NCBI GenBank assembly: GCA_046293175.1
Contig: JBKBPM010000001.1
Coordinates: 299,446 to 363,445 of the forward strand
Length of the DNA: 64,000 nt
Direction: 5' to 3'
Source: Minisyncoccia bacterium
GTDB lineage: Bacteria > Patescibacteriota > Minisyncoccia > Phycocordibacterales > UBA918
Under the pieces are notes generated by a model. The model had not been told where the DNA came from. It was given only the letters and a program-made list of their open reading frames with translations, and did no database searches. Position numbers and translations under genes: made by a program. Below are positions 1 through 10,317 of this stretch, piece by piece; within the stretch, counting starts at the first letter, position 1; each line of letters opens with the position of its first letter.

Positions 1-162
1 ATAACCCTCGTCGCATCCTAGATTATCAGTGTGGGAGTGGGCATTGCCAACTGGTATCAGAATACGAACAAAAGTAACTGGCAAATTACTTTGTTGTACA
101 TACAAAACATGACCATTATTGAGGTCAAACTTTTCAAAATGGAGTTTATCTTGCTGAACCAT
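1..162 (-). CDS. M16 (insulinase-family) peptidase, N-terminal part; gene runs off the window edge
   Basis: Manual translation MVQQDKLHFEKFDLNNGHVLYVQQSNLPVTFVRILIPVGNAHSHTDNLGCDEGY resembles M16 N-termini just before the HxxEH motif; TATACT 6 nt before ATG. Confidence 0.55.
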   Translation of the reverse strand, partial: MVQQDKLHFEKFDLNNGHVLYVQQSNLPVTFVRILIPVGNAHSHTDNLGCDEGY

Positions 163-184
163 ACAAACAGTATACTAAATTAAA

Positions 185-216
185 ATGGGCGCGAAAGTTT
201 TTGCTTCCGCGCCCAT
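185..216 (-). terminator. Intrinsic terminator of the 222-508 cassette
   Basis: ATGGGCGCG/CGCGCCCAT stem followed by a T-rich tract on the minus strand. Confidence 0.7.
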
Positions 217-221
217 CAGCC

Positions 222-389
222 TTACTCGCTCCGCCGCAGCTTTGTGGTCGTCAGAGTCAGGTGAGTCGTGTGAACGTGCAGGGGGTGGTTCAAACTTGTG
301 CCACTTACCCGCCGTCCTCCAAGTCCACACTGACCGTGACTAGACAAAATTGTGCGAATTTCAGCTTCTGCCGCTGCCAGCCGACTCAT
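222..389 (-). CDS. Possible 55-aa orphan ORF (MSRLAAAEAEIRTILSSH...)
   Basis: ATGA overlap with the stop of 386-508; ends 5 nt before the terminator; no homology recognised. Confidence 0.25.
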   Translation of the reverse strand: MSRLAAAEAEIRTILSSHGQCGLGGRRVSGTSLNHPLHVHTTHLTLTTTKLRRSE

Positions 390-508
390 TGCGGACGCTT
401 CGAGCTGGACGTACCTTTGCTTCCGCCGCCGCTGTACTTGTTCATGTTCTGGTTACCGCGGTAGCTGGTGCCAGAAACTGCGCGGCTTTTTCCGCCTTTA
501 AAACCCAT
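386..508 (-). CDS. 40-aa Gly/Ser/Lys-rich basic orphan peptide (MGFKGGKSRAVSGTSYRGNQNMNKYSGGGSKGTSSSKRPQ)
   Basis: Strong SD AAGGAGGTGA upstream of ATG, TTGACA further upstream, TGA stop. Confidence 0.5.
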   Translation of the reverse strand: MGFKGGKSRAVSGTSYRGNQNMNKYSGGGSKGTSSSKRPQ

Positions 509-590
509 CTGTATCACCTCCTTCCTATTTGGGGTTTTCCTAGCAATACACTACAGTTTTCTTTTTTTGTCAATAGGTCAAAATTATGTC

Positions 591-1067
591 TTAATTTAGG
601 TAGAGAAAGACCACCGGAGCCAAGAGCCACCAGAAGAAGTATTCTTTGGGTGAGAAGATGGCTTGGATAGGGCTGCCGGGGGTGACGAATTCGGTGACGG
701 GAAGGACATGGAAGCTAAAGACCATAACGAGGATGGTACCACCGGTGGCGAGAAGGAGCTTTTTGCCAAAGCTTTCAAACTTCTTTTCTTGGTAAGGTCG
801 AGGCATGAGTCTCGCCATGAGGATGGTCGAGATGACCGTAAAGACTCCAAAGATGAGCACTTTCATAAATGAGTCGCCTTCCCCACCACTGAGGATTGTG
901 CTGTAATACGGGAACTCAAGGGAGATCAAGAGGGCGAAGTAGAGTCCGACGGTGAGATTGATCACTGCCTGTCGGCCACGCACGATGCTGTACACCAAGA
1001 AGAAGCCAAAGACGCCGAGTAGGTACGCGAACTCTTGGATGATGAGGAGGATGTCCCCGGTATTCAT
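591..1067 (-). CDS. Multi-pass membrane protein (possibly CvpA-like)
   Basis: 158 aa with about 5 hydrophobic segments; TATAAT 6 nt before ATG. Confidence 0.8.
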   Translation of the reverse strand: MNTGDILLIIQEFAYLLGVFGFFLVYSIVRGRQAVINLTVGLYFALLISLEFPYYSTILSGGEGDSFMKVLIFGVFTVISTILMARLMPRPYQEKKFESFGKKLLLATGGTILVMVFSFHVLPVTEFVTPGSPIQAIFSPKEYFFWWLLAPVVFLYLN

Positions 1068-1276
1068 AGGTACATTATAGAACTCTTTTGTGGTGTGTGG
1101 ATGCGCTATCCCCTGTTACTCGAAAGTATGATAAGCTTTTTTATACATCCGCTGTCAAGCGTTTTCGCTTCATAATTTTTTGTGTAGCGAATAGAGGTTA
1201 TGGTAGACTAAACTTACCTCGAAATACTCCTGTAACGGTTCCGTCCATTGTGAGGTTATTTCATTTGACCTCAAGT

Positions 1277-1332
1277 ATTTTAGGGGTCCAACCCTGTGAC
1301 TGTGCACAATCACCGGGTTGGACCCCTAAAAT
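1277..1332. repeat. REP-like palindrome, left of the RAYT gene
   Basis: ATTTTAGGGGTCCAACCC ... GGGTTGGACCCCTAAAAT, 18-bp arms. Confidence 0.9.
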
Positions 1333-1348
1333 GGGTATATCATTAAGT

Positions 1349-1969
1349 ATGCCTAGAGCTGTTGTCCCGTTAGTGGCCGGTGAAATGTACCATGTCTATA
1401 ATCGTGGAGTAGATAAACGAGTGGTCTTTCAAAATAAAAATGATTACCTACGTTTCTATTTATCACTTGCGTATTTTAATAACCAGGAGCGAACTGAAAC
1501 TTTTAATTCAGCCAAGTTGAAATTTACAAACAGAAAAGAGCCCTTAGTGTATATACATTCCTATGCGCTATTACCGAATCATTTTCATTTACTGGTTGAA
1601 CCACTTATAGACACTGGGCTTAGTGAGTTTATGAAGCGCGTTTCAAATGGTTATACAGCGTATTTCAATGAACACAACAATCGTTCAGGAGCACTTTTTC
1701 AAGGCAAGTATAAGCGAGTGCATGTCGATACAGATGAATATAAAAATTATTTACTTGCGTACATTAATGAAAACCACTTAGTTCATGGTTTACCAGAGCC
1801 TGGTGAAGTCTACCAAACAAGTAAAATGCATTTAACAAATCAAATGAAGAGTATTGTTATTAATACTTCAATGCATGATATATACAATCAAAACGAAAAT
1901 ACAGCGCTGGCAAAAGACATCTACAGGCGAAGACTAGAATTAAAGACACTATTGTTTGAAACTGAGTAA
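1349..1969 (+). mobile_element. REP-associated tyrosine transposase (RAYT/TnpA, Y1 HUH family)
   Basis: YHVYNRG, HUH motif PNHFHLL, RSGALFQGKYK, catalytic-Tyr helix AYINEN; AT-richer than neighbours; flanked by palindromes. Confidence 0.9.
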
Positions 1970-1988
1970 TGCTTAGCGTTATCTACAA

Positions 1989-2029
1989 TTTAGGGGTCCA
2001 ACCCCGAGACTCGGGGTTGGACCCCTAAA
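1989..2029. repeat. REP-like palindrome, right of the RAYT gene
   Basis: TTTAGGGGTCCAACCCCGAG-A-CTCGGGGTTGGACCCCTAAA, perfect 20-bp arms sharing the core of the left copy. Confidence 0.9.
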
Positions 2030-2030
2030 G

Positions 2031-3104
2031 TTAGAGGCCTTCCTTACGGAGTTCTTCGATGAGTTTGCGGGCGGACTTGGAGACTGACTTCGGGAAGCCA
2101 ATTTCTACTTTGACCATAAAGTCGCCCCGAGCACGGCCATCAACTGGTACACCCTTCCCTTTGATACGGAGGAGTTCGCCATGAGTAATGCCAGCGGGTA
2201 TCGAGAGTGTCACCGGTCCATCTAACGTCTCGACTTTGTATTCGCCACCGAGGAGGGCGTCGGTGAGCTTGATACCAAGTCGTGTGTAGAGGGTCGAACC
2301 ATCACGCTTGATGGTCGGGTGTCCCTCGACGTGGACTTTGATGTAGAGGTCGCCGCTTTGACCACGTGGCAGCGCTTCCCCGCGGCCAGTCATACGAATT
2401 ACTTCACCGTTTTCGATACCAGCAGGTACTTTAATCGAGACTTCCTCTTCAGCGCGCATGATACCGGCCCCAGCACAGTAGCCACAGCGTTCCTTTGGCA
2501 CCTTACCGGTACCACCACAAGTATTACATTCGCGCACGGTTTGGAAGGTACCCATGATACTCTGGCGAGTCTCACGGATCTTGCCGTTGCCGTTACAGGT
2601 GGTACAGGTAGACATACTCGTCCCCTTCTTTGCACCGGCACCCTCGCAGTAGGTACAGGTGTTGTTTTTGTTGAGAAGTACATTGCGAGTAGTACCAAAG
2701 ACCGCTTCACTGAAGTTGAGGTTGATATCTATCGAGATATCACGACCACGAGATTGCCTTGATCTTCCTCCGCCAAAGCCAAAGTTTTCGAAGATATCAC
2801 CCAAATCAAATTCAAAAGTACCACCTTGGCCACCAAAGCCTTGCTGAAAGTCGGCCCAGCTGAAGCCACCAAAGCCCGCTCCTCCGCCACCGCCATTTTG
2901 ATAAGCGTGACCATAGGTGTCGTATTCGGCTTTTTTCTTTTCGTCACCCAAGACCGAGTAGGCTTCGGTGATTTCTTTGTACTTGGCTTCGTTGCCAGTC
3001 TTTTTGTCTGGGTGGTACTCGGCAGCCAGTTTACGAAAGGCCTTCTTCACCTCGTCACGTGAGGCGCCTTTTTGGAGTCCAAGTACTTCGTAGTAGTCTT
3101 TCAT
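2031..3104 (-). CDS. dnaJ: Chaperone DnaJ
   Basis: J-domain HPD, G/F-rich region, four CxxCxGxG repeats. Confidence 0.98.
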   Translation of the reverse strand: MKDYYEVLGLQKGASRDEVKKAFRKLAAEYHPDKKTGNEAKYKEITEAYSVLGDEKKKAEYDTYGHAYQNGGGGGAGFGGFSWADFQQGFGGQGGTFEFDLGDIFENFGFGGGRSRQSRGRDISIDINLNFSEAVFGTTRNVLLNKNNTCTYCEGAGAKKGTSMSTCTTCNGNGKIRETRQSIMGTFQTVRECNTCGGTGKVPKERCGYCAGAGIMRAEEEVSIKVPAGIENGEVIRMTGRGEALPRGQSGDLYIKVHVEGHPTIKRDGSTLYTRLGIKLTDALLGGEYKVETLDGPVTLSIPAGITHGELLRIKGKGVPVDGRARGDFMVKVEIGFPKSVSKSARKLIEELRKEGL

Positions 3105-3154
3105 ACGCACATGCTACGCTAATAATGAGAGTCTGCAACATTGTTGCTCATAGA

Positions 3155-3276
3155 GAGTGTGGCCAAAATCTTGACTGACTAGGCGTGCGAATGAGGAAAT
3201 GTGAGTTGTATGTGGTTATACGGTGAACGTTTCCGATTGAAGCACAACAACGTCAGACGAGATTTTGGACATGCTC
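3155..3276. repeat. Structured intergenic element family B, copy 1
   Basis: Outer stem GAGTGTGGCCAAAATCTTG/CGAGATTTTGGACATGCTC, AGGCG..AAC internal loop, apical GAG-ttGTAT..ATACgg-tGA; same architecture as 19999-20121. Confidence 0.6.
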
Positions 3277-3277
3277 G

Positions 3278-5170
3278 TTACTTGGTAGAATCATCTTTTA
3301 CATCCGCATCACGAACAGGAGAATCTGTGTCGTGTGGGATTTCAGGTGATGTACTTTTTTCAGCGGTGGCGGCTTGGTTCATCACTTCACCAATTTTCTG
3401 CATGGCAGTTGAGAGGGCTTCGCTTGCTGACTTGATAGCGGCGATATCATCTTTACTCTTGGCTTCGTTTACGAGCTTGATCTTGTCTTCGACGTCAGTC
3501 TTGATTTCGGGAGTGATCTTGTCACCAAAATCCTTAAGAGACTTCTCGGCGGTATAGACCATTTGCTCGGCGAGATTCTTGGTATCGATGAGTTCTTTTT
3601 TCTTCGCGTCTTCACTGGCATGTTCTTCAGCATCCTTTTGCATGCGTTCGATATCAGCGTCGGTCAGACCGGAAGAGGCTTCAATCTTGATTGACTGTTC
3701 CTTGCCGGTAGCCTTGTCTTTAGCTGTGACCTTCAAGACACCGTTACTATCGACGTCAAAAGTAACTTCGATCTGTGGGACGCCGCGGGGAGCTGGTGGA
3801 ATACCATCGAGAACAAAACGACCAAGTGATTTGTTGTCAGCCGACATCGGACGTTCACCTTGGGTAATATGAATCTCGGTTGAGGTCTGATTGTCAGCGG
3901 CAGTTGAGAAGATCTGAGACTTCTTCGTAGGGATGTGGGTATTCTTTTCGATGAGCTTCGTTGCTACGCCTCCCATAGTTTCAATTGAAAGTGAAAGTGG
4001 AATCACGTCAACGAGCGTGATGTCCTGCACTTCACCCTGGAAGATACCGGCTTGAATAGCAGCACCAAGAGCCACTACTTCGTCCGGGTTCACACTTTTG
4101 TTTGGTTCTTTGCCAAAGAGGTTGCGTACAGCGTCCACAATCGCTGGCATACGAGTCTGGCCACCGACGAGGATGATTTCGTTGATGTCTTCTTTCTTGA
4201 GACCAGACGCTTCAAGGGCACGCTTTGTGATTTCAATCGAACGGTCAATGTACTCGTGAGCTAGTTCTTCGAGCTTCGCACGAGTGATGGTCATCATCAT
4301 GTGAACTGGTGCACCGTTGTTGTTTGCGATAAACGGAATGTTGATGTCGGTTGAACCAGTGGTTGAGAGTTCCTTCTTCGCTTTTTCGGCGGCGTCATCA
4401 AGGAGACCAAGCGCGAGGGCATCTTTTGAAAGATCAATACCTTCGGCCTTCTTAAATTCATCGATGAGGTACTGCACAAGACGATAGTCGATGTCGCGAC
4501 CACCCATATGTGCGTCGCCGTCGGTAGACTGTACCTCAACTACCCCGTCGCCAACTTCAAGCACGGTCACGTCAAAAGTACCACCACCAAAGTCGTACAC
4601 AACAATCTTCTCGTCTTTCTTCTTGTTAAAACCGTAAGCGAGGGCGGCGGCAGTTGGTTCATTGATGATACGCTTCACATCAAGACCAGCAATTTTGCCA
4701 GCATCTTGGGTTGCCTTACGCTGACTATCGTTAAAGTAGGCCGGCACAGTAATCACTGCTTCGGTAATCTTTTCACCAGTTTTTGCTTCGGCGTCGGCTT
4801 TGAGCTTTGCGAGGATCATCGCTGAGACTTCCTCTGGGCGGTACTCCTTGTCACCAAGGACAACCACCGCACCGCCATCAGCGCCTGCTTTTACTTCATA
4901 CGGAACAATCGCTTTGTCTTTTTGGACCACCTCTTCATTAAAGGTATGCCCCATGAAGCGTTTGATACCGTAAATGGTATTTTTTGGGTTTGTTACAGCC
5001 TGACGCTTTGCAATCTGACCGACGAGTCGTTCGCCAGTCTTTGAAATCGCAACCACAGATGGTGTGGTACGGACGCCTTCGTTGTTTTCAATAATTTTTG
5101 GTTCACCAGCTTCAATAATGGCCATTGCTGAATTGGTGGTTCCAAGGTCGATGCCGAGAATTTTTGCCAT
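3278..5170 (-). CDS. dnaK: Chaperone DnaK
   Basis: [25 protein letters not shown] motifs; start set at MAKILG. Confidence 0.99.
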   Translation of the reverse strand: MAKILGIDLGTTNSAMAIIEAGEPKIIENNEGVRTTPSVVAISKTGERLVGQIAKRQAVTNPKNTIYGIKRFMGHTFNEEVVQKDKAIVPYEVKAGADGGAVVVLGDKEYRPEEVSAMILAKLKADAEAKTGEKITEAVITVPAYFNDSQRKATQDAGKIAGLDVKRIINEPTAAALAYGFNKKKDEKIVVYDFGGGTFDVTVLEVGDGVVEVQSTDGDAHMGGRDIDYRLVQYLIDEFKKAEGIDLSKDALALGLLDDAAEKAKKELSTTGSTDINIPFIANNNGAPVHMMMTITRAKLEELAHEYIDRSIEITKRALEASGLKKEDINEIILVGGQTRMPAIVDAVRNLFGKEPNKSVNPDEVVALGAAIQAGIFQGEVQDITLVDVIPLSLSIETMGGVATKLIEKNTHIPTKKSQIFSTAADNQTSTEIHITQGERPMSADNKSLGRFVLDGIPPAPRGVPQIEVTFDVDSNGVLKVTAKDKATGKEQSIKIEASSGLTDADIERMQKDAEEHASEDAKKKELIDTKNLAEQMVYTAEKSLKDFGDKITPEIKTDVEDKIKLVNEAKSKDDIAAIKSASEALSTAMQKIGEVMNQAATAEKSTSPEIPHDTDSPVRDADVKDDSTK

Positions 5171-5216
5171 ACTGTAAATAAGAATTAAATAACTAATGTT
5201 AAGAACATCTTTGCCT

Positions 5217-5825
5217 TTAAGTTGTATATTCGCCAACGGTCACACGAGCCGGACGGATAACCTCTTCCCCATTGTTGGTTGCTTTGATGTAGCCAAGCTG
5301 CATGACGGTCATTACCTGATTGTGCTGTGACTCATCCGCAACAGTAACTGTACTCATCGCCTCGTGCTTAATCGGGTCAAAGGGGTGACCGGTTGGATCC
5401 ACTGCACTGACACCATAGCCACGAAGGATACTGGTCAGCTGATTGTTGATACCTTCAATACCTTTGCGCCATTTCTCGTCAGCTTTTTCCCACGCTTCTT
5501 TGTCTAACATAGCGAGGTAAAAGCTGTCGGCGAGTGGTAAGAGCTTCTCAATATGCTTTACCGTATCACGTTCACGATTCCGTACCTGCTCCTCTTCAAG
5601 ACGCTTACGAGCATTGAGGAAATCGGCTTTGGTGCGTTGGACTTCTTCGTGAAGCTCACGGTTTTTTTCCGTCGCTTCTTGTAACTTCGTACGTAATACT
5701 TTTAATTTTTGTTCTGCGGTTGCTTCTTCATCTACTAATTCAGTATCAGAGGGACTGTTATCTTCGTAGGTGAGGTCGCTACTGTCAGTCTGAATAGTAG
5801 GTTCGTCGTTTTTTTTATTCACCAT
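5217..5825 (-). CDS. grpE: Nucleotide exchange factor GrpE
   Basis: [25 protein letters not shown]; upstream of dnaK. Confidence 0.97.
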   Translation of the reverse strand: MVNKKNDEPTIQTDSSDLTYEDNSPSDTELVDEEATAEQKLKVLRTKLQEATEKNRELHEEVQRTKADFLNARKRLEEEQVRNRERDTVKHIEKLLPLADSFYLAMLDKEAWEKADEKWRKGIEGINNQLTSILRGYGVSAVDPTGHPFDPIKHEAMSTVTVADESQHNQVMTVMQLGYIKATNNGEEVIRPARVTVGEYTT

Positions 5826-5833
5826 ACTCTCCC

Positions 5834-5862
5834 ATTATAAATCGAAAAAACGTTGCTGTCAA
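5834..5862 (-). promoter_or_regulatory. Consensus sigma70 promoter of grpE-dnaK
   Basis: TTGACA-17 nt-TATAAT, 8 nt before the grpE ATG. Confidence 0.85.
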
Positions 5863-5870
5863 AATAGTAA

Positions 5871-5896
5871 AACCGGCCCCACGTATGGAGCCGGTT
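5871..5896 (-). terminator. Terminator of orphan 5918-6181
   Basis: AACCGGCTCCA/TGGGGCCGGTT stem ending in a T run. Confidence 0.7.
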
Positions 5897-5917
5897 GCAT
5901 TTTTGGTCGATGCCGCT

Positions 5918-6181
5918 TCAGCGTTTCTTCTTGATGATGTGTCGCGTGACTGGCGCGCTTATGGGTGGTCCTCCGTACGGCTCAGACACAACAACCAGCT
6001 TGCCGCGCTGCCACTGCACGTCCTGCCGTTCACTTTCGGCAGGCAACTTGCCGACGTCACCCTCGATGTCGACGACATCGTCGCAGTTGGCGGCAATGTA
6101 CAGGAAGCCGGTAAGCATATTTTGCCCGATCCAGGCATCGTCCGGTACACGGGTGTTGATGGGCGTTCCGGTTTTTTTCAT
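5918..6181 (-). CDS. 87-aa orphan protein (SD-led cassette)
   Basis: AAGGAG SD, TTGATT..TGATATAAT promoter, TGA stop, own terminator. Confidence 0.65.
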   Translation of the reverse strand: MKKTGTPINTRVPDDAWIGQNMLTGFLYIAANCDDVVDIEGDVGKLPAESERQDVQWQRGKLVVVSEPYGGPPISAPVTRHIIKKKR

Positions 6182-6250
6182 CTGGTCACTCCTTCTGACT
6201 TTTGAAATTATATCACAGAATATAAAAAAATCAAAAAGCTACAAACACAA

Positions 6251-6278
6251 ACAAAATCCTCCCGAAGGAGGATTTTGT
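6251..6278. terminator. Hairpin terminator
   Basis: ACAAAATCCTCC-CGAA-GGAGGATTTTGT. Confidence 0.65.
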
Positions 6279-6373
6279 GTTTTAACGCTTCGGACAGGAA
6301 ACGTAAAAAATGAAATGGAGAGTAAAGCGTGAGATTTCAAAACGGTAGAAATTGGATGCAATACGAGGCGCGC

Positions 6374-6405
6374 AAGAAAAAAGACCCGAATGGGTCTTTT
6401 TTCTT
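6374..6405. terminator. Hairpin terminator
   Basis: AAGAAAAAAGACCC-GAAT-GGGTCTTTTTTCTT. Confidence 0.65.
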
Positions 6406-6532
6406 ATTGTGCTTTGTTATAAAACGGAAAGTTTTTGATGTATGGCGAGGAGCATAGGAGAAAATGTTGTGAGTGGGATGAATAATCCAGCGAACAATGT
6501 TTTCTTCGTAGCGACAAAGCCAATCGTCAAAA

Positions 6533-6703
6533 ATTATCGCTTCCCCACGAATCACTAAGTATATTTGTTCGCTACGCTCCAAATCTACCAAGTGTTCTCG
6601 GACCCGCCTCGCGGTTTTCTGCTTTGGTAAAGCAGAAAACATCGCTGCGGCCTCAAAACGATAATGGAGTCCAGCAGTGGACTCCATTTGATTATCGTTT
6701 TGA
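6533..6703 (-). repeat. Structured element family A, copy 1 (3' of rpsI)
   Basis: Core 6546-6651 highly similar to 53305-53410; 6653-6665 is an inverted copy of the rpsI end (6691-6703). Confidence 0.9.
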
Positions 6704-7096
6704 CCAAGCTGGGCGCTTGCGAGCTTTAAGGAGACCAAACTTCTTACGTTCTACTGAACGAGCATCACGCTTGAGGAATCCGGCTTTCTTGAGGGTGGTA
6801 CGACGAGCGTCCTTTTCCTTCACGAGTGCACGAGCGATACCAAGTCGGATAGCGTCAGCCTGTGCTGAGATACCCCCTCCTTGTACCTTGGCGGTAATTG
6901 CGTAGTGCTCGATTCCAGCGTCTGGAGTGGCGAGTACTGACTCAATCACCTGTTGGTGACCAACGTGCTTGAAGTATTCAGCCAGTGGACGGTTGTTCAC
7001 GATGACTGAAGTCTCTTTGGCTGGCGTGAGACGCACACGGGTAGTGGCGGTCTTACGACGTCCAATGGCTTCAGTGTAACGAGTTGCAGTAGCCAT
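6692..7096 (-). CDS. rpsI: 30S ribosomal protein S9
   Basis: GRRKTA, GGGISAQADAIRLGIARAL, ERKKFGL..AR..WSKR. Confidence 0.99.
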   Translation of the reverse strand: MATATRYTEAIGRRKTATTRVRLTPAKETSVIVNNRPLAEYFKHVGHQQVIESVLATPDAGIEHYAITAKVQGGGISAQADAIRLGIARALVKEKDARRTTLKKAGFLKRDARSVERKKFGLLKARKRPAWSKR

Positions 7097-7097
7097 A

Positions 7098-7463
7098 TTA
7101 TTCAGTAATTATAAGATTTTTAAGCATCGGCTTTTTGAGCTTGTTGTTTGGAAGCATACCACTGATAGATCGGCGCAGTACTTCAGCGTAACCGCGACGA
7201 TCACCGAGGTGTCTGAGGGTTTCTTTTTTAAGTCCTCCTGGGTATCCAGAGTAGGTTTGGTAGATTTCATCTTTCTTTTTCTTTTCAGAAATATCAAGCT
7301 TGCCAGCATTTGTGATTGTGACTGTTACTTCGGACACGAGATGCTTTGCAAAGTCTGCCTGATCCTTACCAAGGAGTACTTTAGCTGCTTCAGTCGCCAC
7401 TGTACCAAGACGCTTTCCAGTTGCGTCAATAGTGTAGTTACGAGTTGTAGTTGAGGTAGTCAT
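7098..7463 (-). CDS. rplM: 50S ribosomal protein L13 (short C-terminus)
   Basis: IDATGKRLG, YSGYPGGL, GMLP; upstream of rpsI. Confidence 0.97.
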   Translation of the reverse strand: MTTSTTTRNYTIDATGKRLGTVATEAAKVLLGKDQADFAKHLVSEVTVTITNAGKLDISEKKKKDEIYQTYSGYPGGLKKETLRHLGDRRGYAEVLRRSISGMLPNNKLKKPMLKNLIITE

Positions 7464-7470
7464 ATAATAA

Positions 7471-7827
7471 TTATTCGACAAATTCGATTACTGCCTCATC
7501 ACGACCAGCCTGAGTACGACCAACCTTGATCACGCGGGTGTAGCCACCAGCACGCTGCGCAAAACGTGGTGCAATGTCATCAAATACTTTCTTGATGACG
7601 GCTGCACTTGGTTCGCCGAGACGACTCGCGACTATGCGACGAGCAGCTACAGTATTCTTCTTCCCGTGAGTAACGAGACGTTCAATAAATGAGCGAAGTT
7701 CTTTCGCTTTTGCTTCTGTGGTCTTGATCTTGCCATCACGGATGAGTGAGACAGCCAAACCACGCATAAGGGCAGTCCGCTGATTGCGTGATCGCCCAAA
7801 TGTTCGATTTTTATTTCCGTGTACCAT
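7471..7827 (-). CDS. rplQ: 50S ribosomal protein L17
   Basis: IKTTEAKAKE, GGYTRVIK. Confidence 0.98.
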   Translation of the reverse strand: MVHGNKNRTFGRSRNQRTALMRGLAVSLIRDGKIKTTEAKAKELRSFIERLVTHGKKNTVAARRIVASRLGEPSAAVIKKVFDDIAPRFAQRAGGYTRVIKVGRTQAGRDEAVIEFVE

Positions 7828-7838
7828 ACTAATATACG

Positions 7839-8798
7839 TTATACTGCAAGACTAAGACCCATAGTGGTCAAAAGTTCAATAATTTCTTCTACTCCTTTTG
7901 GACCGATACCATCGAGCGCAAGAATATCATCTTTCTTCTTGCGTACAAGGCCACCTACTGTACGGATACTCGCGGCTTCAAGAGCCTGGAGGGTACGAGA
8001 ACTAAGTTCAAGTGTCTCAATACGAGTCTTTAATACTTCAGTGTCTGGTTCAGTTGTTGCCCCTTTGACTTCAACCTCAGGAGCACTATTGGTGTGCGGA
8101 GTTTGATCCTGGAAACCAATAATAGCCTTGAGTTGATGAATCATGATTTCGATTGATTGTTCAAGGGCAGCACGAGGAGTAATAGTGCCATCGGTCTCAA
8201 TCATTAGACGGAGACGGTTGTAGTCGGTACGGTCACCAACTCGCATGTTTTCTACTTCATAGTTAGCTCGGCGGATTGGTGTGAATACCGCATCAAGAGC
8301 GATAGTACCAATTTCTACTTTGTCCTTCTGGTGCACTTCGCGAGGCACGTAGCCAAGACCACGTTCGATAGTGATTTCCATATCGAGTGTTGTACTCTTC
8401 TCGGTAATTTCAGCAATCGGTTGCTCAGGACTGAGGATTTCAATCTGAGAAGGTACTGTTATATCCGCAGCGGTAACCATGCCTACGCCACTCTTTTTGA
8501 GGGTGACCTTGATTGGTCCTTCACCGTGGAGCTTAAAACGTACGCGCTTGAGGTTGAGAAGAATGGTGATAACGTCTTCACGGACACCAGCGATGGTAGC
8601 GAATTCATGCGCAACACCTTCGATCTTTACCTGGGTGATGGTTGCACCTGGGAGTGAGGCGAGGATAATGCGACGAAGTGAGTTACCAAGCGTGTGACCG
8701 TAGCCTGGGAAGAGGCCGTCAATCTCGTAGATGCCTTGAAACTCTTCTTCTGAAACAACTCGTGGCTTTGATGGGAGGGTTACATTTGTTTCCAACAT
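7839..8798 (-). CDS. rpoA: RNA polymerase alpha subunit
   Basis: GYGHTLGNSLRR, VENMRVG, alpha-CTD. Confidence 0.99.
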   Translation of the reverse strand: MLETNVTLPSKPRVVSEEEFQGIYEIDGLFPGYGHTLGNSLRRIILASLPGATITQVKIEGVAHEFATIAGVREDVITILLNLKRVRFKLHGEGPIKVTLKKSGVGMVTAADITVPSQIEILSPEQPIAEITEKSTTLDMEITIERGLGYVPREVHQKDKVEIGTIALDAVFTPIRRANYEVENMRVGDRTDYNRLRLMIETDGTITPRAALEQSIEIMIHQLKAIIGFQDQTPHTNSAPEVEVKGATTEPDTEVLKTRIETLELSSRTLQALEAASIRTVGGLVRKKKDDILALDGIGPKGVEEIIELLTTMGLSLAV

Positions 8799-8840
8799 AG
8801 TGTGTGTGATTACAACGTGACTAAAACGACGAGTGTTTCA

Positions 8841-9449
8841 TTAACGGCTATAGTACTCGAGGACCTGCTCTGCATCGAACATAAACTCAGCTGGCGTATA
8901 ACTTGCTACACCAGTTACTGTACCCTCTAGCCCCTTGGCATTAAAGGTGAGCCATGAAGGGATTGAGAGAAGCTGATCTGATTCTTGGAGTCCAAGATAC
9001 ATTGCACTTCCCTTACTTCCTTCACGTATAGTAACGACATCTCCAACCTCCACCTTGTGAGATGGGATTGAAAGACGACGACCATTTACAAGAATGTGAC
9101 CATGAGCCACCATCTGACGTGCAAAGCGACGAGTCTTTGCGAGACCAAGTCGGTATACAACGTTATCAAGTCGACTTTCGAGACGCTCAATGAGCTTTGC
9201 AATTGGCTGGTGGCCACTTTCGATAGCCTCATTTACGTAACGAGTAAGTTGCTTTTCGGTAATACCGTAGATAAAGCGCATCTTTTGCTTTTCGATGAGC
9301 TGCTTCTTAAAGTCACTTGCTTGTCCACTTCCACGCTTTCGTGGACGACCAGGACGTTGTTCTGAGAGGGCAAACTTTGCACTCTGAGTTTTTTCAAAGA
9401 TTGGAGCACCGAGACGCTTCGCAATCTTGTATTTAGGACCAATTTTCAT
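8841..9449 (-). CDS. rpsD: 30S ribosomal protein S4
   Basis: LESRLDNVVYRLG, ARQMVAHGH, EYYSR; no Cys. Confidence 0.99.
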   Translation of the reverse strand: MKIGPKYKIAKRLGAPIFEKTQSAKFALSEQRPGRPRKRGSGQASDFKKQLIEKQKMRFIYGITEKQLTRYVNEAIESGHQPIAKLIERLESRLDNVVYRLGLAKTRRFARQMVAHGHILVNGRRLSIPSHKVEVGDVVTIREGSKGSAMYLGLQESDQLLSIPSWLTFNAKGLEGTVTGVASYTPAEFMFDAEQVLEYYSR

Positions 9450-9463
9450 ATGACTGTTGGTGA

Positions 9464-9895
9464 TTAGATACGGCGAGGCTTAGGCGCACGAGGACCATTA
9501 AATGGTACTGGCGTCATATCGACGATGCGAGTAATACTAATGCCCTTGCCAGCAAATGCACGGAGAGCTGATTCGCGACCAGCACCGACACCGCGGACAA
9601 CGACTTCAGCATCCTTCATACCCATCTGGGTAGCTTTTTCGCCGATGATTTCACCAACTTTGGCTGCGGCAAACGGAGTACTCTTGCGAGAACCTTTAAA
9701 GCCTAAGGCACCGGAAGATGCACTCATAACTGCGTTACCCTTTGGGTCACAAAGAGTAAGGAGAGTATTGTTAAAAGTGGCTAAAATATTAAGGCGACCA
9801 GTTGCTACTTTACGTTTTGGAATGCGGTTGAGTGCTCGTGAAGAGCCTGCTACATCCGAGCCGCCGCTCTTTTTCATGATTCGTTTCTTTCCCAT
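9464..9895 (-). CDS. rpsK: 30S ribosomal protein S11
   Basis: TFNNT, GFKGSRKSTPFAA, TPVPFNG. Confidence 0.99.
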   Translation of the reverse strand: MGKKRIMKKSGGSDVAGSSRALNRIPKRKVATGRLNILATFNNTLLTLCDPKGNAVMSASSGALGFKGSRKSTPFAAAKVGEIIGEKATQMGMKDAEVVVRGVGAGRESALRAFAGKGISITRIVDMTPVPFNGPRAPKPRRI

Positions 9896-9926
9896 ATGTT
9901 TAAGATACTTGAATTAAGAGAGACTT

Positions 9927-10304
9927 TTAAGTCTTTTCGAGCTTACGGCGACCGCTACCCATCGTCTTCTTCACACCCTTGAGGGTACGAGCATTGGTCT
10001 TGGTGCGCTGTCCACGGGCAGGCAAACGCTTTGCGTGACGTGAGCCACGGTAGCTTTGGATGTCCTTGAGGCGTTTAATATTGGCAGAAACCTCGCGCTT
10101 AAGTTCACCTTCAATAGTGAAGGCTTCGACACTTTCACGGATGAGGTTTTCCTGTTCGGTGTTTAGATCAGTAGGTTTTAATGTCTCTTTGATCTTGTGC
10201 GAGGCAAGGATCTTTTTCGCGCGCGAAAGTCCAATGCCATAAACAGCGGTGAGACCATAGGCCAGCTGTTTATCGTCGGGGATTGTGATACCTGAAATAC
10301 GCAT
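9927..10304 (-). CDS. rpsM: 30S ribosomal protein S13
   Basis: YRGSRH..LPARGQRTKTNART. Confidence 0.99.
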   Translation of the reverse strand: MRISGITIPDDKQLAYGLTAVYGIGLSRAKKILASHKIKETLKPTDLNTEQENLIRESVEAFTIEGELKREVSANIKRLKDIQSYRGSRHAKRLPARGQRTKTNARTLKGVKKTMGSGRRKLEKT

Positions 10305-10317
10305 ACACTTTTGTTAA

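Noticed and set aside
1088-1348. N-terminal extension of the transposase ORF
   Set aside because: Crosses the REP-like palindrome; family similarity starts at MPR (1349).
5826-5900. CIRCE operator or hrcA upstream of grpE-dnaK-dnaJ
   Set aside because: No TTAGCACTC-N9-GAGTGCTAA and no hrcA; only a consensus sigma70 promoter.
6290-6460. Short ORFs between the two hairpin terminators downstream of rpsI
   Set aside because: About 12 codons, no SD or -10 support, no recognisable pattern.
6337-6738. ORFs 6337-6738 and 53276-53458 giving similar peptides (AAAMF..KTARR.REHLV..ERSE..YLVIR)
   Set aside because: Similarity comes from the DNA repeat; substitutions preserve base pairing, copy 2 differs in hairpin length, and the first ORF overlaps rpsI.
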